Counted from the stretch's first letter, positions 17,869 to 27,539 are shown. The stretch is 64,000 nt of DNA from an uncultured virus (IMG/VR IMGVR_UViG_3300023274_000001) (IMGVR_UViG_3300023274_000001:124698-188697); one strand, 5' to 3'. Program-made: numbers and translations. Notes: generated by a model not told the origin, from the sequence alone.

Positions 17869-18171
17869 ATGGCGAAGATCGACGTGAACGAAGTCCAGGG
17901 CCTGTTCCGGGTCGGTCTGGCCACGGACCAGAAGGGCAACGAGGTCTACGTACTGGAGATCCTGGGGATCCCGGTCCTGTATGCCGACGCCCACGACTTC
18001 GAGGCCGGTCACCAGGACACCGAGGACTGGCAGGAGACCTTCGAGACGCGCCTGGCCCGGATGCTGGCCAAGGTGCTGACGGAGGGCTACGACCACGACT
18101 TCGTGAAGTGGCGCACCGAGTCCCCGACCGGCCGCGAGGTCTACCGCCTCGGCCCCTTCGGGAGGGACTGA
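17869..18171 (+). CDS. hypothetical protein (tandem paralog 1 of 3)
   Basis: VG...G...V.E.LG.P motif. Confidence 0.75.
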   Translation: MAKIDVNEVQGLFRVGLATDQKGNEVYVLEILGIPVLYADAHDFEAGHQDTEDWQETFETRLARMLAKVLTEGYDHDFVKWRTESPTGREVYRLGPFGRD

Positions 18172-18440
18172 TGGACGCGATCCGGATCGGGAAGACCGAG
18201 GAGTCCGGCTACCCGCTGATCGTCGTTGAGCTGTTCGGCGTTCCGCTGGCCAGCTCGACGCACAAGGTCGCTGAGTACGACGAGGACCCGGAGGGGTTCA
18301 CGAAGTGGTGGCGGGAGTACTTCGCCCGCCAGATCGTCAGCATGCTGGCGGAGAACCTGCACCAGGAGCGACGGGTCACCGGCTGGCTGATGGCCACCCG
18401 GCTGTCGCCGGTCCCGCCGAGTCTGCCGGAAGCGCAGTGA
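18171..18440 (+). CDS. hypothetical protein (tandem paralog 2 of 3)
   Basis: IG....G...VVELFGVP. Confidence 0.7.
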   Translation: MDAIRIGKTEESGYPLIVVELFGVPLASSTHKVAEYDEDPEGFTKWWREYFARQIVSMLAENLHQERRVTGWLMATRLSPVPPSLPEAQ

Positions 18441-18721
18441 TCCCGGACCTGTTCGACGTCGGGATCGTCGAGCTGCCGAACGGGAACCGGCTGGCGGTCG
18501 TGGAGTTCCTGGGTCACCCCATCGCCGAGGGTCCGGCCGAGGCCCTTGAAGGAGAGGGGGCGGCAGAGGAGCTGAAGGAGGGCTTCTCCGCCGCCCTGGC
18601 GGCCACCCTGTCCCTCGTGATGGGCAGCCAGGAGTTCGGCCGCTACGCACCGCAGGGCTGGACGTACGAACATCCGATGGCCCCTCCGCTGGAGGGGCTT
18701 CCGAAAGGAGAAGAGGGATGA
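18437..18721 (+). CDS. hypothetical protein (tandem paralog 3 of 3)
   Basis: VG....G...VVEFLGHP. Confidence 0.7.
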   Translation: MIPDLFDVGIVELPNGNRLAVVEFLGHPIAEGPAEALEGEGAAEELKEGFSAALAATLSLVMGSQEFGRYAPQGWTYEHPMAPPLEGLPKGEEG

Positions 18722-18969
18722 AGGGCATGGACGGTCTGATCACCACGGCGGTGGCCCGGCTGCACGAGGACGAGCTGGAGACGCGACGCCGCTGGGCCGA
18801 GCGCATCCGGGAGGAGTTCGGGAAGTACCACGAGCACTCGGCCGACGGTGGCGAGTGCGGCGCCTGCGGGGCGATCCAGGGAGCGAACTGGATGGACCCG
18901 GACTACGTCAAGGACGGCCCGCAGGCCGAGCCGTTCGGAACCTGGAAGGACCGGCAGCCGCAGACGTGA
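18718..18969 (+). CDS. hypothetical protein
   Basis: ATGA overlap, CxxC. Confidence 0.65.
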   Translation: MKGMDGLITTAVARLHEDELETRRRWAERIREEFGKYHEHSADGGECGACGAIQGANWMDPDYVKDGPQAEPFGTWKDRQPQT

Positions 18970-19058
18970 CCTGACCCAAGGCCGAAACCCCGCAGCCAGT
19001 GGGGTCGCAGCATGGAGTGCTGCCTGACGATGGCCGTCAGCGAGAGGAAGGGGAAGCC

Positions 19059-19265
19059 GTGCGGAAGAGGGATTCCACGGCAGACGAGGTCTACGACTGG
19101 GCGGTGAAGCAGGAGCTTCCCGCGCCGGATGCCTTCGCCATGCGGTACTGGGATCTCGCCGGAGCAACGATCCGGCTGGGACTGGCTGCCGCGCTCTGGC
19201 GTCGGCAGGTCAAGAACGGCACCACGGGATTCCCGCTGGTGGACGGGGATCGAACGGACTCGTAA
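19059..19265 (+). CDS. hypothetical protein
   Basis: RBS and GTG. Confidence 0.5.
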   Translation: MRKRDSTADEVYDWAVKQELPAPDAFAMRYWDLAGATIRLGLAAALWRRQVKNGTTGFPLVDGDRTDS

Positions 19266-19313
19266 GCGGTACGGAATACGAGCGAAGCAGTTCGGAAGGG
19301 ATGAGGAAGAGGC

Positions 19314-19790
19314 ATGGAAGTCACGGAACCGAAGCGCGGTGACAAGGTCGTCCACCAGGGGCGAATCCGGACGATCGAGGGGTTCGACGAGGACCACGGG
19401 ACCCACCTCGGGATGGGGACCTGGATCTCGATCAACGAGTACGAGAAGAACAGCGACGATGTGTGGGTTCGCACCGATTCGCCCCGTACGTACCTGATCG
19501 GCGAGCACTACGAGAACTACCGGTCCTCCCGTAAGGGAGTCGCGGTGATCCGACCTGCCGTCTACCAGAAGGGCAGCACGGAGAAGGTCATCACCACCTC
19601 TCCCTGCTGCACCATGAACGTCCGGCACCTCAACTACGCCGACGTCAGTTCGGACCTGGCCCGGAAGACCGGCGGGTGGAGCGAGACGTGCACGCAGTGC
19701 GGCTGGCATTACACGGTCTCCCTCGTGTCCCAGACCAATGACCCCCGCCTCGGCCTGTACGGCGTGCGCTGGGAGTCCAAGGGGTTCTGA
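19314..19790 (+). CDS. hypothetical protein with zinc ribbon
   Basis: PCC...CTQCG. Confidence 0.7.
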   Translation: MEVTEPKRGDKVVHQGRIRTIEGFDEDHGTHLGMGTWISINEYEKNSDDVWVRTDSPRTYLIGEHYENYRSSRKGVAVIRPAVYQKGSTEKVITTSPCCTMNVRHLNYADVSSDLARKTGGWSETCTQCGWHYTVSLVSQTNDPRLGLYGVRWESKGF

Positions 19791-19793
19791 ATC

Positions 19794-20279
19794 ATGACGA
19801 ACATGGACAACCTCACGGACCCCACACGCATTCGCGAAGCGGAGCGGCTGGGCGAAAAGCTCCTGCCGGGCATGTCGTTCGAGGACCGCCTGAAGGTAGC
19901 CGAAGTCGCCCTGTCGAACTACGGGCGCGTCGCGCAGACCTACCCGGTGGATCACGAGCGGGTCCGCACGGATATCTCACGTGAACTGCGGATGCTGGCC
20001 AACGAGGGCGAACGGTGGGCTGGACAGGCACTCCTGGTCTACGTCTGCAAGGTCTGCTTCGACAGCCGGGCCGAGATGTACGAGCCGGTCGGGCACCGTG
20101 CGGTGTGCGGGGTGGTCAACATTCATCACGCCGTCCGGGGGCTGATGTACCACCGGGCCTCCAGGGTCCAGTACTACGGCGGATCGTGGGACCTGAATGT
20201 GTACTTCTCTCAGTGCGGCCTCACCAACCTGGTCAACGGCAGCAGGGGTTCGGTCCCCTGCCCTGAATGCTTCCGATAG
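19794..20279 (+). CDS. hypothetical Cys/His-rich protein
   Basis: CKVC, HRAVC, CPEC. Confidence 0.65.
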   Translation: MTNMDNLTDPTRIREAERLGEKLLPGMSFEDRLKVAEVALSNYGRVAQTYPVDHERVRTDISRELRMLANEGERWAGQALLVYVCKVCFDSRAEMYEPVGHRAVCGVVNIHHAVRGLMYHRASRVQYYGGSWDLNVYFSQCGLTNLVNGSRGSVPCPECFR

Positions 20280-20291
20280 GGGTGAATCGGT

Positions 20292-20816
20292 ATGAACCAG
20301 CAAGAAGCGGAGATCTTCGACGTTGACGGCACGCTGTGCAACGTCACCAGCGTCCGGCACTACGTCACCCCTCCGAACCGGGACTTCCACTCCTTCCACA
20401 TGGCTTCCGCGTTCTGCCCGCCGAACCCGGAGGTGGTCGAGCGAGTGCACGAGGCCAAGGCGAAGGGCCGGGCCGCCATCGTGGTGACCGCCCGCATGGC
20501 CAGGTACCGGACCCTCACCCGGAAGTGGCTCCAGAGCTGCGAGATTCCGTTCGACAGCCTCTGGATGCGGGCGAACGACGACTTCCGCAAAGACGCGATC
20601 GTGAAGCGGGAGATCCTGGCGAAGATCCGGGCCAACGGGTTCGTCGTGGTGAAGGCGTACGACGACAACCCGGCCGTGACCGTGGTGTGGGAAGACGAGG
20701 GGATCGAGACTGTGGTCGTGCCCGGGTGGGACGACCAGTTCACCGGCCTCCTGTTGCCGCAGGACGGCCTCACCGTGGTCCGGGAAACCGGCCACACCGG
20801 AGAGGGGAAGCAGTGA
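20292..20816 (+). CDS. HAD-family phosphatase like the 3'-phosphatase domain of T4 PNKP
   Basis: IFDVDGTL; VTAR; L.MR..DFR.D..VK; YDDNP. Confidence 0.85.
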   Translation: MNQQEAEIFDVDGTLCNVTSVRHYVTPPNRDFHSFHMASAFCPPNPEVVERVHEAKAKGRAAIVVTARMARYRTLTRKWLQSCEIPFDSLWMRANDDFRKDAIVKREILAKIRANGFVVVKAYDDNPAVTVVWEDEGIETVVVPGWDDQFTGLLLPQDGLTVVRETGHTGEGKQ

Positions 20817-21085
20817 GCATCACCATCAAGCCGCTGGGAAAGCGGCCCGACTACTTCGACGGCGAGTTCGAGGCGACCGAGATCCGCCACGAGCCCACTG
20901 GGTGGGACACCTGGCCCACGGGCCCCGTCTTCCCCGAGGGACACATCTTCCAGGACAGGAGTGGCAACGCCTACGAGGTGATCGTCCCGCGCACCGTCGA
21001 GGAGGAGCCCTCCGGCATGGCCGGTCACGTTCGCTACGTCCACGTGTACACCTGCCGTCCGGCCGACCCGAAGGATGCCGCCTGA
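20813..21085 (+). CDS. hypothetical protein (family with 14741 and 41527)
   Basis: GTGA overlap. Confidence 0.65.
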   Translation: MSITIKPLGKRPDYFDGEFEATEIRHEPTGWDTWPTGPVFPEGHIFQDRSGNAYEVIVPRTVEEEPSGMAGHVRYVHVYTCRPADPKDAA

Positions 21086-21576
21086 TGCTCTCGATCACGG
21101 ATGTACTGACCCTCATGGCGGAAGGCGAGACGCTTCCGCAGGAGAAGTTCCCGCCGCTCACCGACGAGCAGATCGAAGACGTCCAGAACTTCGAACCAGT
21201 CCTCCTGAACCGCCTTCTCGACGCAGAAGGCGCCAGCAAGGACCCGGTGGACACCGTCATGGACGGCCTGCGCGAGAAGACGGCACAGCACGGCTGGTAC
21301 CCGGTGGTCGCAGTTCTCTGCGTGACGTTCTCCCACCGGTACCGCGAGGACATGGTCCCGGCGAACCTCCAGCTCTCCGACGACACGATGGGCCTGCTCG
21401 GGATGCTCCCCATCGCCGGTCGCTCGATGAAGGAGGACGAGGGCGCCTGGACGATCCCGCTCGCCATGCTGGCCGGTCTCGGCGAGGAGGGGGCCATGGA
21501 GTTCACGGCCTGCGCCGCCATGTGCGCGGCCGTCGGGTTCATCGAGACCGCCCTGGAACAGGAGGCGAGGGCGTGA
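21085..21576 (+). CDS. hypothetical protein
   Basis: TGATG overlap. Confidence 0.7.
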   Translation: MLSITDVLTLMAEGETLPQEKFPPLTDEQIEDVQNFEPVLLNRLLDAEGASKDPVDTVMDGLREKTAQHGWYPVVAVLCVTFSHRYREDMVPANLQLSDDTMGLLGMLPIAGRSMKEDEGAWTIPLAMLAGLGEEGAMEFTACAAMCAAVGFIETALEQEARA

Positions 21577-21998
21577 ACGACGAGGACACCTACCTCTGCC
21601 CGACCTGCGGCAAGCCGTTCGACAAGGGCGACCGGCTCTTCGACTTCGCCATCGCGGCGCACGAGAAGGATCACACGCCGCAGCGCAACAACCCGGCGAA
21701 CATGATCCGCTGGAACGAGGACGGCCTGATGTGGTGCTGCATCCTGTGCGGCGCCCCGATCCACATCGGCGAGTACACGGCTCGGCAGATGATCATCGGT
21801 CACTGCCGGGTGGTGCACGACTCGGTGACCGGAGGCTCCTCTTCCGCCCCTGTTACGGCCAGGGGCGGCCGGGGATCCAGTGGCTCGCGAGGCTTCGGTG
21901 AAGCAGTGGGCGACATCGTCGAGGACGCCGCCGAGGGTATCGGCAAGGTCTTCAAGGCCATCGGCAACGCCGTCGGCGATATCAACCCCTTCGACTAG
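21573..21998 (+). CDS. tandem C2H2-type zinc-finger protein
   Basis: YLCPTCGKPF...HEKDH and CILCG...HCRVVH. Confidence 0.65.
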   Translation: MNDEDTYLCPTCGKPFDKGDRLFDFAIAAHEKDHTPQRNNPANMIRWNEDGLMWCCILCGAPIHIGEYTARQMIIGHCRVVHDSVTGGSSSAPVTARGGRGSSGSRGFGEAVGDIVEDAAEGIGKVFKAIGNAVGDINPFD

Positions 21999-22098
21999 CC
22001 GAGGGACATTCAAGTGGTGGCCGTCTCGACCGTCGTCTTGACGGCCACCACCTCCATCGTGTTCTATGTAGTCACCCACCCGGAAAGGTGAGAGAAAA

Positions 22099-23211
22099 GT
22101 GGCACGAGAAGAGAACCTTTCGACCATCGAGAGGATGCTGGGATTCGAGTTCGTCTCGGACCCCCGCAAGGCCCGGTTCCCGATCCCGGAGACCCCCAAG
22201 GAGTACCTGGAGAAGAACCCCGAGCGTCCGTACCCGCACCCCTCCATGAAGATCACCCCGGAGATGGCACGTGACGTGCTGAAGTACCGGGTGATCCGTG
22301 TCGAGCGGATGCCGCGCGAGCTGCGCCACCCCGAGGTGACGGCCAACCGCCGCTTCCTCATCACGACGCTCAACGGCACGAAGAAGAGCAAGGGCCTGGT
22401 CTCCATCGTCGCCGACGGCGGCTGGGACGACCGGATCTCCACCTCCGTCGTCTTCACGGAGGACGGCTTCCTGCTCGACGGCCAGCACCGGTTCGCCGCG
22501 TGCGCCCTGTCGGGGAAGACGATCGAGGTCCCCGTCACCACCAACGGGCAGTGGGGCACGTTCTCCGTGCTCGACACCGGTCGGGGCCGCAACGCCGGTC
22601 AGCTCCTCGGCGACATCCCCTACCCGGACCAGTCGGCCGCCGCCGCCAAGCTCATCCTCCCGGTCATCCGGGGCACCGAGCGCACCGAGTGGGCCGTCAC
22701 CGACGCCAGCAACCAGGAGATCTACGAGCTGGTTCACGGCTGGCCCTTCTTCCACGAGACGTGGGAAGGCTCCGGCTCCTGGATGAAGCACGTGCTCCAG
22801 GCGGCGGCCAGCCGGATCCCGCCGAGTGCGCTGGCGGCATCCGTCATGATGGCACTGGCGGCCGGTGCCAACGCCTCGCACGTCCAGGAGTTCCTGAACG
22901 GCCTGAAGCCGGGCTACCGCGACGGCTTCCCCCGGATCGGGCCGAAGGGTGAGGACCCGCGTCACCTGCTCCGCCGCCAGTACATGAACAAGGGCAACCG
23001 GAAGCCCACCGACAAGGACCGCCGCGACCAGGTCAGCCACGTCCGCAAGGCGATGGACGTCTGGCTGGAGTGGAGGGCCCACGAGGAGGGTGACCCGAAG
23101 GCGAAGGTCGTCGAGCTGCTGAAGCTCCAGGCCGCCGCCGAGAACGCCGACCTGCCCGAGGTCTGGCACGCCGATGCCGTTCGCAAGTTCCACAGTGAGA
23201 GGGTTTCCTGA
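22099..23211 (+). CDS. DGQHR/ParB-Srx-fold domain protein
   Basis: ITPEMA...NRR...G.LLDGQHRFAA...LDTGR.R. Confidence 0.8.
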   Translation: MAREENLSTIERMLGFEFVSDPRKARFPIPETPKEYLEKNPERPYPHPSMKITPEMARDVLKYRVIRVERMPRELRHPEVTANRRFLITTLNGTKKSKGLVSIVADGGWDDRISTSVVFTEDGFLLDGQHRFAACALSGKTIEVPVTTNGQWGTFSVLDTGRGRNAGQLLGDIPYPDQSAAAAKLILPVIRGTERTEWAVTDASNQEIYELVHGWPFFHETWEGSGSWMKHVLQAAASRIPPSALAASVMMALAAGANASHVQEFLNGLKPGYRDGFPRIGPKGEDPRHLLRRQYMNKGNRKPTDKDRRDQVSHVRKAMDVWLEWRAHEEGDPKAKVVELLKLQAAAENADLPEVWHADAVRKFHSERVS

Positions 23212-23213
23212 AC

Positions 23214-23624
23214 ATGGCCGAGATCTGGCTGCGTCCCGAGTTCCAGGGTCGCGAGAAGGAGCTGGAGACCCGGGTCGACTTCGAGCGGCGTACGGGCATC
23301 TCCGCCCAGTCCCTGTCCTCCAAGTTCTCCAACTACGCCGACCGGCTGCCGAAGCTGGTCAAGCGCAACGGCAAGCTGAAGTACTTCGTCGCCGCCGAAC
23401 TCGACGAGTTCGTGGGCTGGATCGAGGCCAACGCGGGCACCCGCTCCGAGGCTGACGTCCGCCGCGCTGAGCTGGCCCGGGTGCAGAACGCGATCGAGGA
23501 CACCGTGGAGCGCGTCGCCGACCGGCAGCGCGACCTCGACAAGGCGAAGCGCGACCTGGCCAAGTACCAGCGTCAGGCGAAGGGCCTGAAGTCCGACATC
23601 GAGTTCCTGGATCAGGTCGAGTAA
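23214..23624 (+). CDS. DNA-binding (HTH/Xis-like) and coiled-coil protein
   Basis: N-terminal wHTH-like segment, C-terminal heptads. Confidence 0.65.
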   Translation: MAEIWLRPEFQGREKELETRVDFERRTGISAQSLSSKFSNYADRLPKLVKRNGKLKYFVAAELDEFVGWIEANAGTRSEADVRRAELARVQNAIEDTVERVADRQRDLDKAKRDLAKYQRQAKGLKSDIEFLDQVE

Positions 23625-23665
23625 CACCACAGGATCCAGTCGCTTTTCGGTGGCTGGCGAGCAGC

Positions 23666-23694
23666 AAAAGAGGGCCCCTCTGGGGCCCTCTTTT
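23666..23694 (+). terminator. intrinsic terminator, bidirectional type
   Basis: aaaagagggcccc-tct-ggggccctctttt. Confidence 0.75.
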
Positions 23695-23729
23695 CGTGGT
23701 ACCGTATTGCTCAAGGGAAGGAGAATACC

Positions 23730-23930
23730 GTGGAGTTCACGGTCGAGGTATTCGACTACGGACGGTATGGCTGCACGGTGAAGGAGCCCCGCACGGGGCT
23801 CTCTGGTGAGGGTGACACCAAGGAAGAAGCGATGGACGATCTCCGGAGGAAGCTCTGGAGCCACATCGAGTACGACTTCGTCCCGCCCGAAGAGGGTCCG
23901 ACCCGCAGCATCGAGAAGATCACCATCTGA
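23730..23930 (+). CDS. HicB-like orphan antitoxin-fold protein
   Basis: Y...V.EP..G.SGEGDTKEEAMDDL. Confidence 0.6.
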   Translation: MEFTVEVFDYGRYGCTVKEPRTGLSGEGDTKEEAMDDLRRKLWSHIEYDFVPPEEGPTRSIEKITI

Positions 23931-23941
23931 AGGAGACCGTC

Positions 23942-24229
23942 ATGTACACCCTGGTCAGGCATAACCTCTGGACGATCGAATGCTTCCCCCTCTTCCGACG
24001 AGGGCTGGAGCCGCTGCTCATCAGCCAGATGGCGGCGCGGCGTGTGCGCGAGGAGGGCGGAGTCCTCTTCAGCACTCCGGAGGAGGCGTGGGACGCGGCC
24101 GAGGGGTTCATGTACCCGACCGGGGACATGACGGCTCCGGCCAATCCGGTCGGATCTTTCAAGGACATCTTCTTCCTGCGCCAGCCGCTTTTCGTTCCGG
24201 AATTTTCGGGCGATCTCATCGCGGCATAG
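23942..24229 (+). CDS. hypothetical protein
   Basis: RBS aaggag. Confidence 0.6.
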   Translation: MYTLVRHNLWTIECFPLFRRGLEPLLISQMAARRVREEGGVLFSTPEEAWDAAEGFMYPTGDMTAPANPVGSFKDIFFLRQPLFVPEFSGDLIAA

Positions 24230-24299
24230 GCTGGGTGCAGGTGCAGGTCAACGCGGGTAACATCCTGCACTGTTTCCGGCAGTGAGGGAGTTGAGCAAA

Positions 24300-24770
24300 A
24301 TGGCACGCGTTCACGGTGTATATCTCAGGAAGCCCCCGAAGGGCCCATCGTCCTACACCTCGAAGGAAGCGGCACTGGCCGCTTCGCCCACGCTGGTCGT
24401 GCCGGATGCGGCCTTCCCGAAGAACAAGGTCGAGTCGGTCAGGAACGCGGCCTTCCGGGTGAACTCGGGAGGCCGTGGGGACTGGTCGCCGGGCCAGTTC
24501 TTCGCCATCTGGGACTACGCGCAGGACGTCGTTCTGCGCGTGCGGCGGGACGAGGACGGTGACGGACCTGTCGAGGTCATCGGCTTCGCCAAGGAGGGCG
24601 AGGTGATCGGGAGCACCGGAGAGTCCATCGGCTCCCTGGAAACGGTCCTGAAGGAAGAGGGCGTCGAGACCGGCGGATGGGTGCTGCTGATCGGTATCCA
24701 CCCGAACGTGCCCGAGGGCTGGGAAGAAGTGGTGAGCGCGCCGGGCAGCCGGAAGCGCAAGAAGAGCTGA
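24300..24770 (+). CDS. hypothetical protein
   Basis: ATG 24300. Confidence 0.65.
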   Translation: MARVHGVYLRKPPKGPSSYTSKEAALAASPTLVVPDAAFPKNKVESVRNAAFRVNSGGRGDWSPGQFFAIWDYAQDVVLRVRRDEDGDGPVEVIGFAKEGEVIGSTGESIGSLETVLKEEGVETGGWVLLIGIHPNVPEGWEEVVSAPGSRKRKKS

Positions 24771-24809
24771 AAGGCGGGGCCTTGCACGGCCCCGCCACGG
24801 AAAGGGGAC

Positions 24810-24977
24810 ATGGTGGAAACGCGCGTTGTGATCAGGGACAACGGGTCCGAGAAGACGATCGAGCTGATCGCCGATCTCACCCCGGAAGACGCCAAGGTGA
24901 TCAACGAGATCGGTGAACGGGTGGCGCAGGGCACCGGCTGGGATGTGACGGTCCTGGCGGTTGAGGTGGAGGAGTGA
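24810..24977 (+). CDS. small hypothetical protein
   Basis: acggaaagggg RBS; stop overlaps next start. Confidence 0.55.
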   Translation: MVETRVVIRDNGSEKTIELIADLTPEDAKVINEIGERVAQGTGWDVTVLAVEVEE

Positions 24978-25486
24978 ACCTCGATCCTCACGAGCTGGGC
25001 TGGCACGAGTTCTGGCTGAGGATCGGGGTGATCTCCTTCGCGCTGTTGCTCCTGTTGCTGGTGGCACTGGTCGTGGGCCGGATCCTGCTGACGGCCTACG
25101 ACCTGGCCCGTTGGGTGAAGAGGAAGATCCACGGAAAGGAAGAAGAGATGTCGCCCGTACGTATGCACCGGGCCCTGCTGAAGCTGGTCCCGTCCTCCCA
25201 TCGGGGGCAGGCGGAGAAGCTGCTGAAGGGCCTTCTGGCGGCCGACGGGGACGGCCGTGAGGTCTTCGTCGCCGAGTACGACGGCCAGCCCGCCAGCGTC
25301 CACGTGAGCCCCGAGGCGGCGATGGGAGCCTGTGCCCGCCACCTGTCGGCCGAGCCGGGACCCGACATCCCCTGGGACTGGTTCGAAGACGAGTTCGGCT
25401 GGGTGATGCGCCGGATCGACCTGGACACCGACAAGCCGCTCAGCCTGCTGGCTGGCAAGGTCACCAGGACCGATGTCGAGCAGTAG
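24974..25486 (+). CDS. membrane-anchored hypothetical protein
   Basis: IGVISFALLLLLLVALVVG TM segment. Confidence 0.65.
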   Translation: MNLDPHELGWHEFWLRIGVISFALLLLLLVALVVGRILLTAYDLARWVKRKIHGKEEEMSPVRMHRALLKLVPSSHRGQAEKLLKGLLAADGDGREVFVAEYDGQPASVHVSPEAAMGACARHLSAEPGPDIPWDWFEDEFGWVMRRIDLDTDKPLSLLAGKVTRTDVEQ

Positions 25487-25592
25487 CCGAGTCCGGAACG
25501 GGGTCGGGCGGGGTGAATCTCTGAGCTGGATATGAGGTTCAACTTCGCTCAATCACAGTAGAGTTGAGGCACGCCAACGGAAAGAGAAGAAC

Positions 25593-25916
25593 GTGAACGG
25601 GATGAAGAAGATCGCAACGGTCACCGGCTCGGCTGCTCTGGCCCTGCTCCTGCTGACCGGCTGCGGATCCAACGACAAGCGGGACGTCGAAGGCGTGAAG
25701 TCGATGGACCCCGACTACATCGAGGTCTACAACAACACCGACGGCCGTCCGAACGTGGTCCTGCTCTGCATCCGGGGCGTCGGCTTCGCCTCGACGACGC
25801 GCGACTACACCTCGCTCATGCCCATCGAGAGCTGGGACGAGTTCTGCAAGACGAAGATGAAGGAGCGCTCGGTCCAGGACGGCCAGCGCGGCGAGAACGG
25901 CAACGGTCCGAGCTGA
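25593..25916 (+). CDS. lipoprotein
   Basis: Signal peptide with lipobox LLTG-C. Confidence 0.75.
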   Translation: MNGMKKIATVTGSAALALLLLTGCGSNDKRDVEGVKSMDPDYIEVYNNTDGRPNVVLLCIRGVGFASTTRDYTSLMPIESWDEFCKTKMKERSVQDGQRGENGNGPS

Positions 25917-25931
25917 CCGGCCGACGGCATC

Positions 25932-25966
25932 AAGAAGGGGGCGCTCCTCACGGGGCGCCCCTTCTT
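25932..25966. terminator. bidirectional terminator between convergent genes
   Basis: aagaaggggg cgc...gcg ccccttctt. Confidence 0.7.
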
Positions 25967-25982
25967 GCGTTCCGGCTTTCGC

Positions 25983-26273
25983 TCAGATGCCGTGCACCGA
26001 CAGGCCGGGGACCCAGAATCGGGTGTCCCCGGCCTCGGTGTGCTGGAGCTGCACACGGTCGGCCAGGACGAGCAGGTCGTCCGCGTGGCGGTACTGCACC
26101 GCCAGCGCCACCAGGAAGGCGCTGTACTCCCGGACGTCGGCCTCCAGGTAGATGCACCCGGTTCCGTTGTCGGGGTGCGGCCCGCGCTGGACCGCCTGCC
26201 ACGTCAGGTTGGCGAACGTCAGAGCCCGGCCGACCGCGTCCCGGCTGAGGCTTATACGCGTATCCGAATCCAC
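25983..26273 (-). CDS. hypothetical protein
   Basis: Purine-rich RBS on minus strand. Confidence 0.6.
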   Translation of the reverse strand: MDSDTRISLSRDAVGRALTFANLTWQAVQRGPHPDNGTGCIYLEADVREYSAFLVALAVQYRHADDLLVLADRVQLQHTEAGDTRFWVPGLSVHGI

Positions 26274-26399
26274 TTTTTACCCTCTCGTTTCTTCTCTTTT
26301 CCTACCTGTATTCTACTCCTATCCCCTGGTCAGAGCGATAGAAGAGGTTCAAGTTGCAACTGCTGAACGTGGTGGAGCAGGAGTTCGAAGGGGCTGCGA

Positions 26400-26599
26400 T
26401 GATGGTGGCAGTCCCCCAGACCGGCACCCTTCTCCAGGATCCCCACGTGCCCATGCCGTCGCCCCTGCGCGCCTTCCTGTATGCCGCCATCTCCGTGCTC
26501 ATCGCCGCCTCCCTGTACATGTGCATCGAGGCGGCCATCATGATCTACGACTTCTACCAGATCATCCAGTGGTTGGGGACGCTCGCGGAGCACTCCTGA
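26400..26599 (+). CDS. small membrane protein (start uncertain)
   Basis: Hydrophobic AFLYAAISVLIAASLYMCI. Confidence 0.45.
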
Positions 26600-26864
26600 G
26601 ACACTGCCCGTACGAACCGAAGGGGAGGTCGAGATGGCCGCGCAAGCCAGCTCCAGCGGGTGCAGCAGCACCACGACGGGGATTCGTGGATCCCTGACCG
26701 GCCGCGTCACCCGCGAACCGGTGCGCAACTACTGGCCGGATCACGACATGACCCCGAGGACCGACTTCATCAGCGAGCGGAACCGTACCGCTCTGATGTG
26801 GCGACTCTGACGTCTCTTTCCCGGTAGGATTTCTCCAGGAAAATGGAGAAGGAAGGACCGGGAA

Positions 26865-27371
26865 ATGGCGAACTGGCCCGAGCCCCACGAGAACGTGAGC
26901 GGCGTGGATCGCACCATCGACGACCTGCTCAGCCTGGACCCGGCAGCCCTGCGCCGCCGGGTCGTCATCCTCGACATCGCCCGGTCTCTGTGGCAGGCGA
27001 CTCTGCGGGGGGCCCACAACGAGTACGGCCGGGATGCGTACGAGCGCATGAGCAAGCCGCGCATGGGTGACCTGGTCGTCGAGACGATGGGCATGGCCCA
27101 CCCCTCGAAGGCCGACCGTGACGGCAGCACCCTCGCCATCCACAGCTTCGGCATCATGCTCGGCGAGCGGACCGAGTGGGCCTGCACGAACGAGAAGTGG
27201 CGCGAGTACGTTGAGGAGGATCCCGATCTCACCGACGACGACCGGGCCACCGATACGGCGGTCTACGTCCAGTACGGTCCGAAAGCCCAGGACATCTGCC
27301 GCTGGGTGAACTGTTCGATCATCGCCCTGCCGACCGGCATGCTGCACCACACCGCAGATCAGCAGCCCTGA
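26865..27371 (+). CDS. hypothetical protein
   Basis: ORF track, RBS. Confidence 0.7.
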   Translation: MANWPEPHENVSGVDRTIDDLLSLDPAALRRRVVILDIARSLWQATLRGAHNEYGRDAYERMSKPRMGDLVVETMGMAHPSKADRDGSTLAIHSFGIMLGERTEWACTNEKWREYVEEDPDLTDDDRATDTAVYVQYGPKAQDICRWVNCSIIALPTGMLHHTADQQP

Positions 27372-27539
27372 GTTTTTTCCTCCGGTTCGCGTTTCTCCGG
27401 ATTCCTTGCGGCCGACCACTCGGGCGATCGAGAATGAGTGTGCTCACGAGGCGCCTTCACCGACCCGGACTGGCCCCTCCAGAACCCCGCTGCCCGGCTC
27501 TTGCCCAGCCGACTTCACCGGCAGCGGGGTTCGCCCATC

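Noticed and set aside
20826-22592. 588-aa minus-strand ORF (and 58669-60264, 531 aa)
   Set aside because: Antisense to compact + strand gene runs; Ser/Arg-rich non-protein-like composition.
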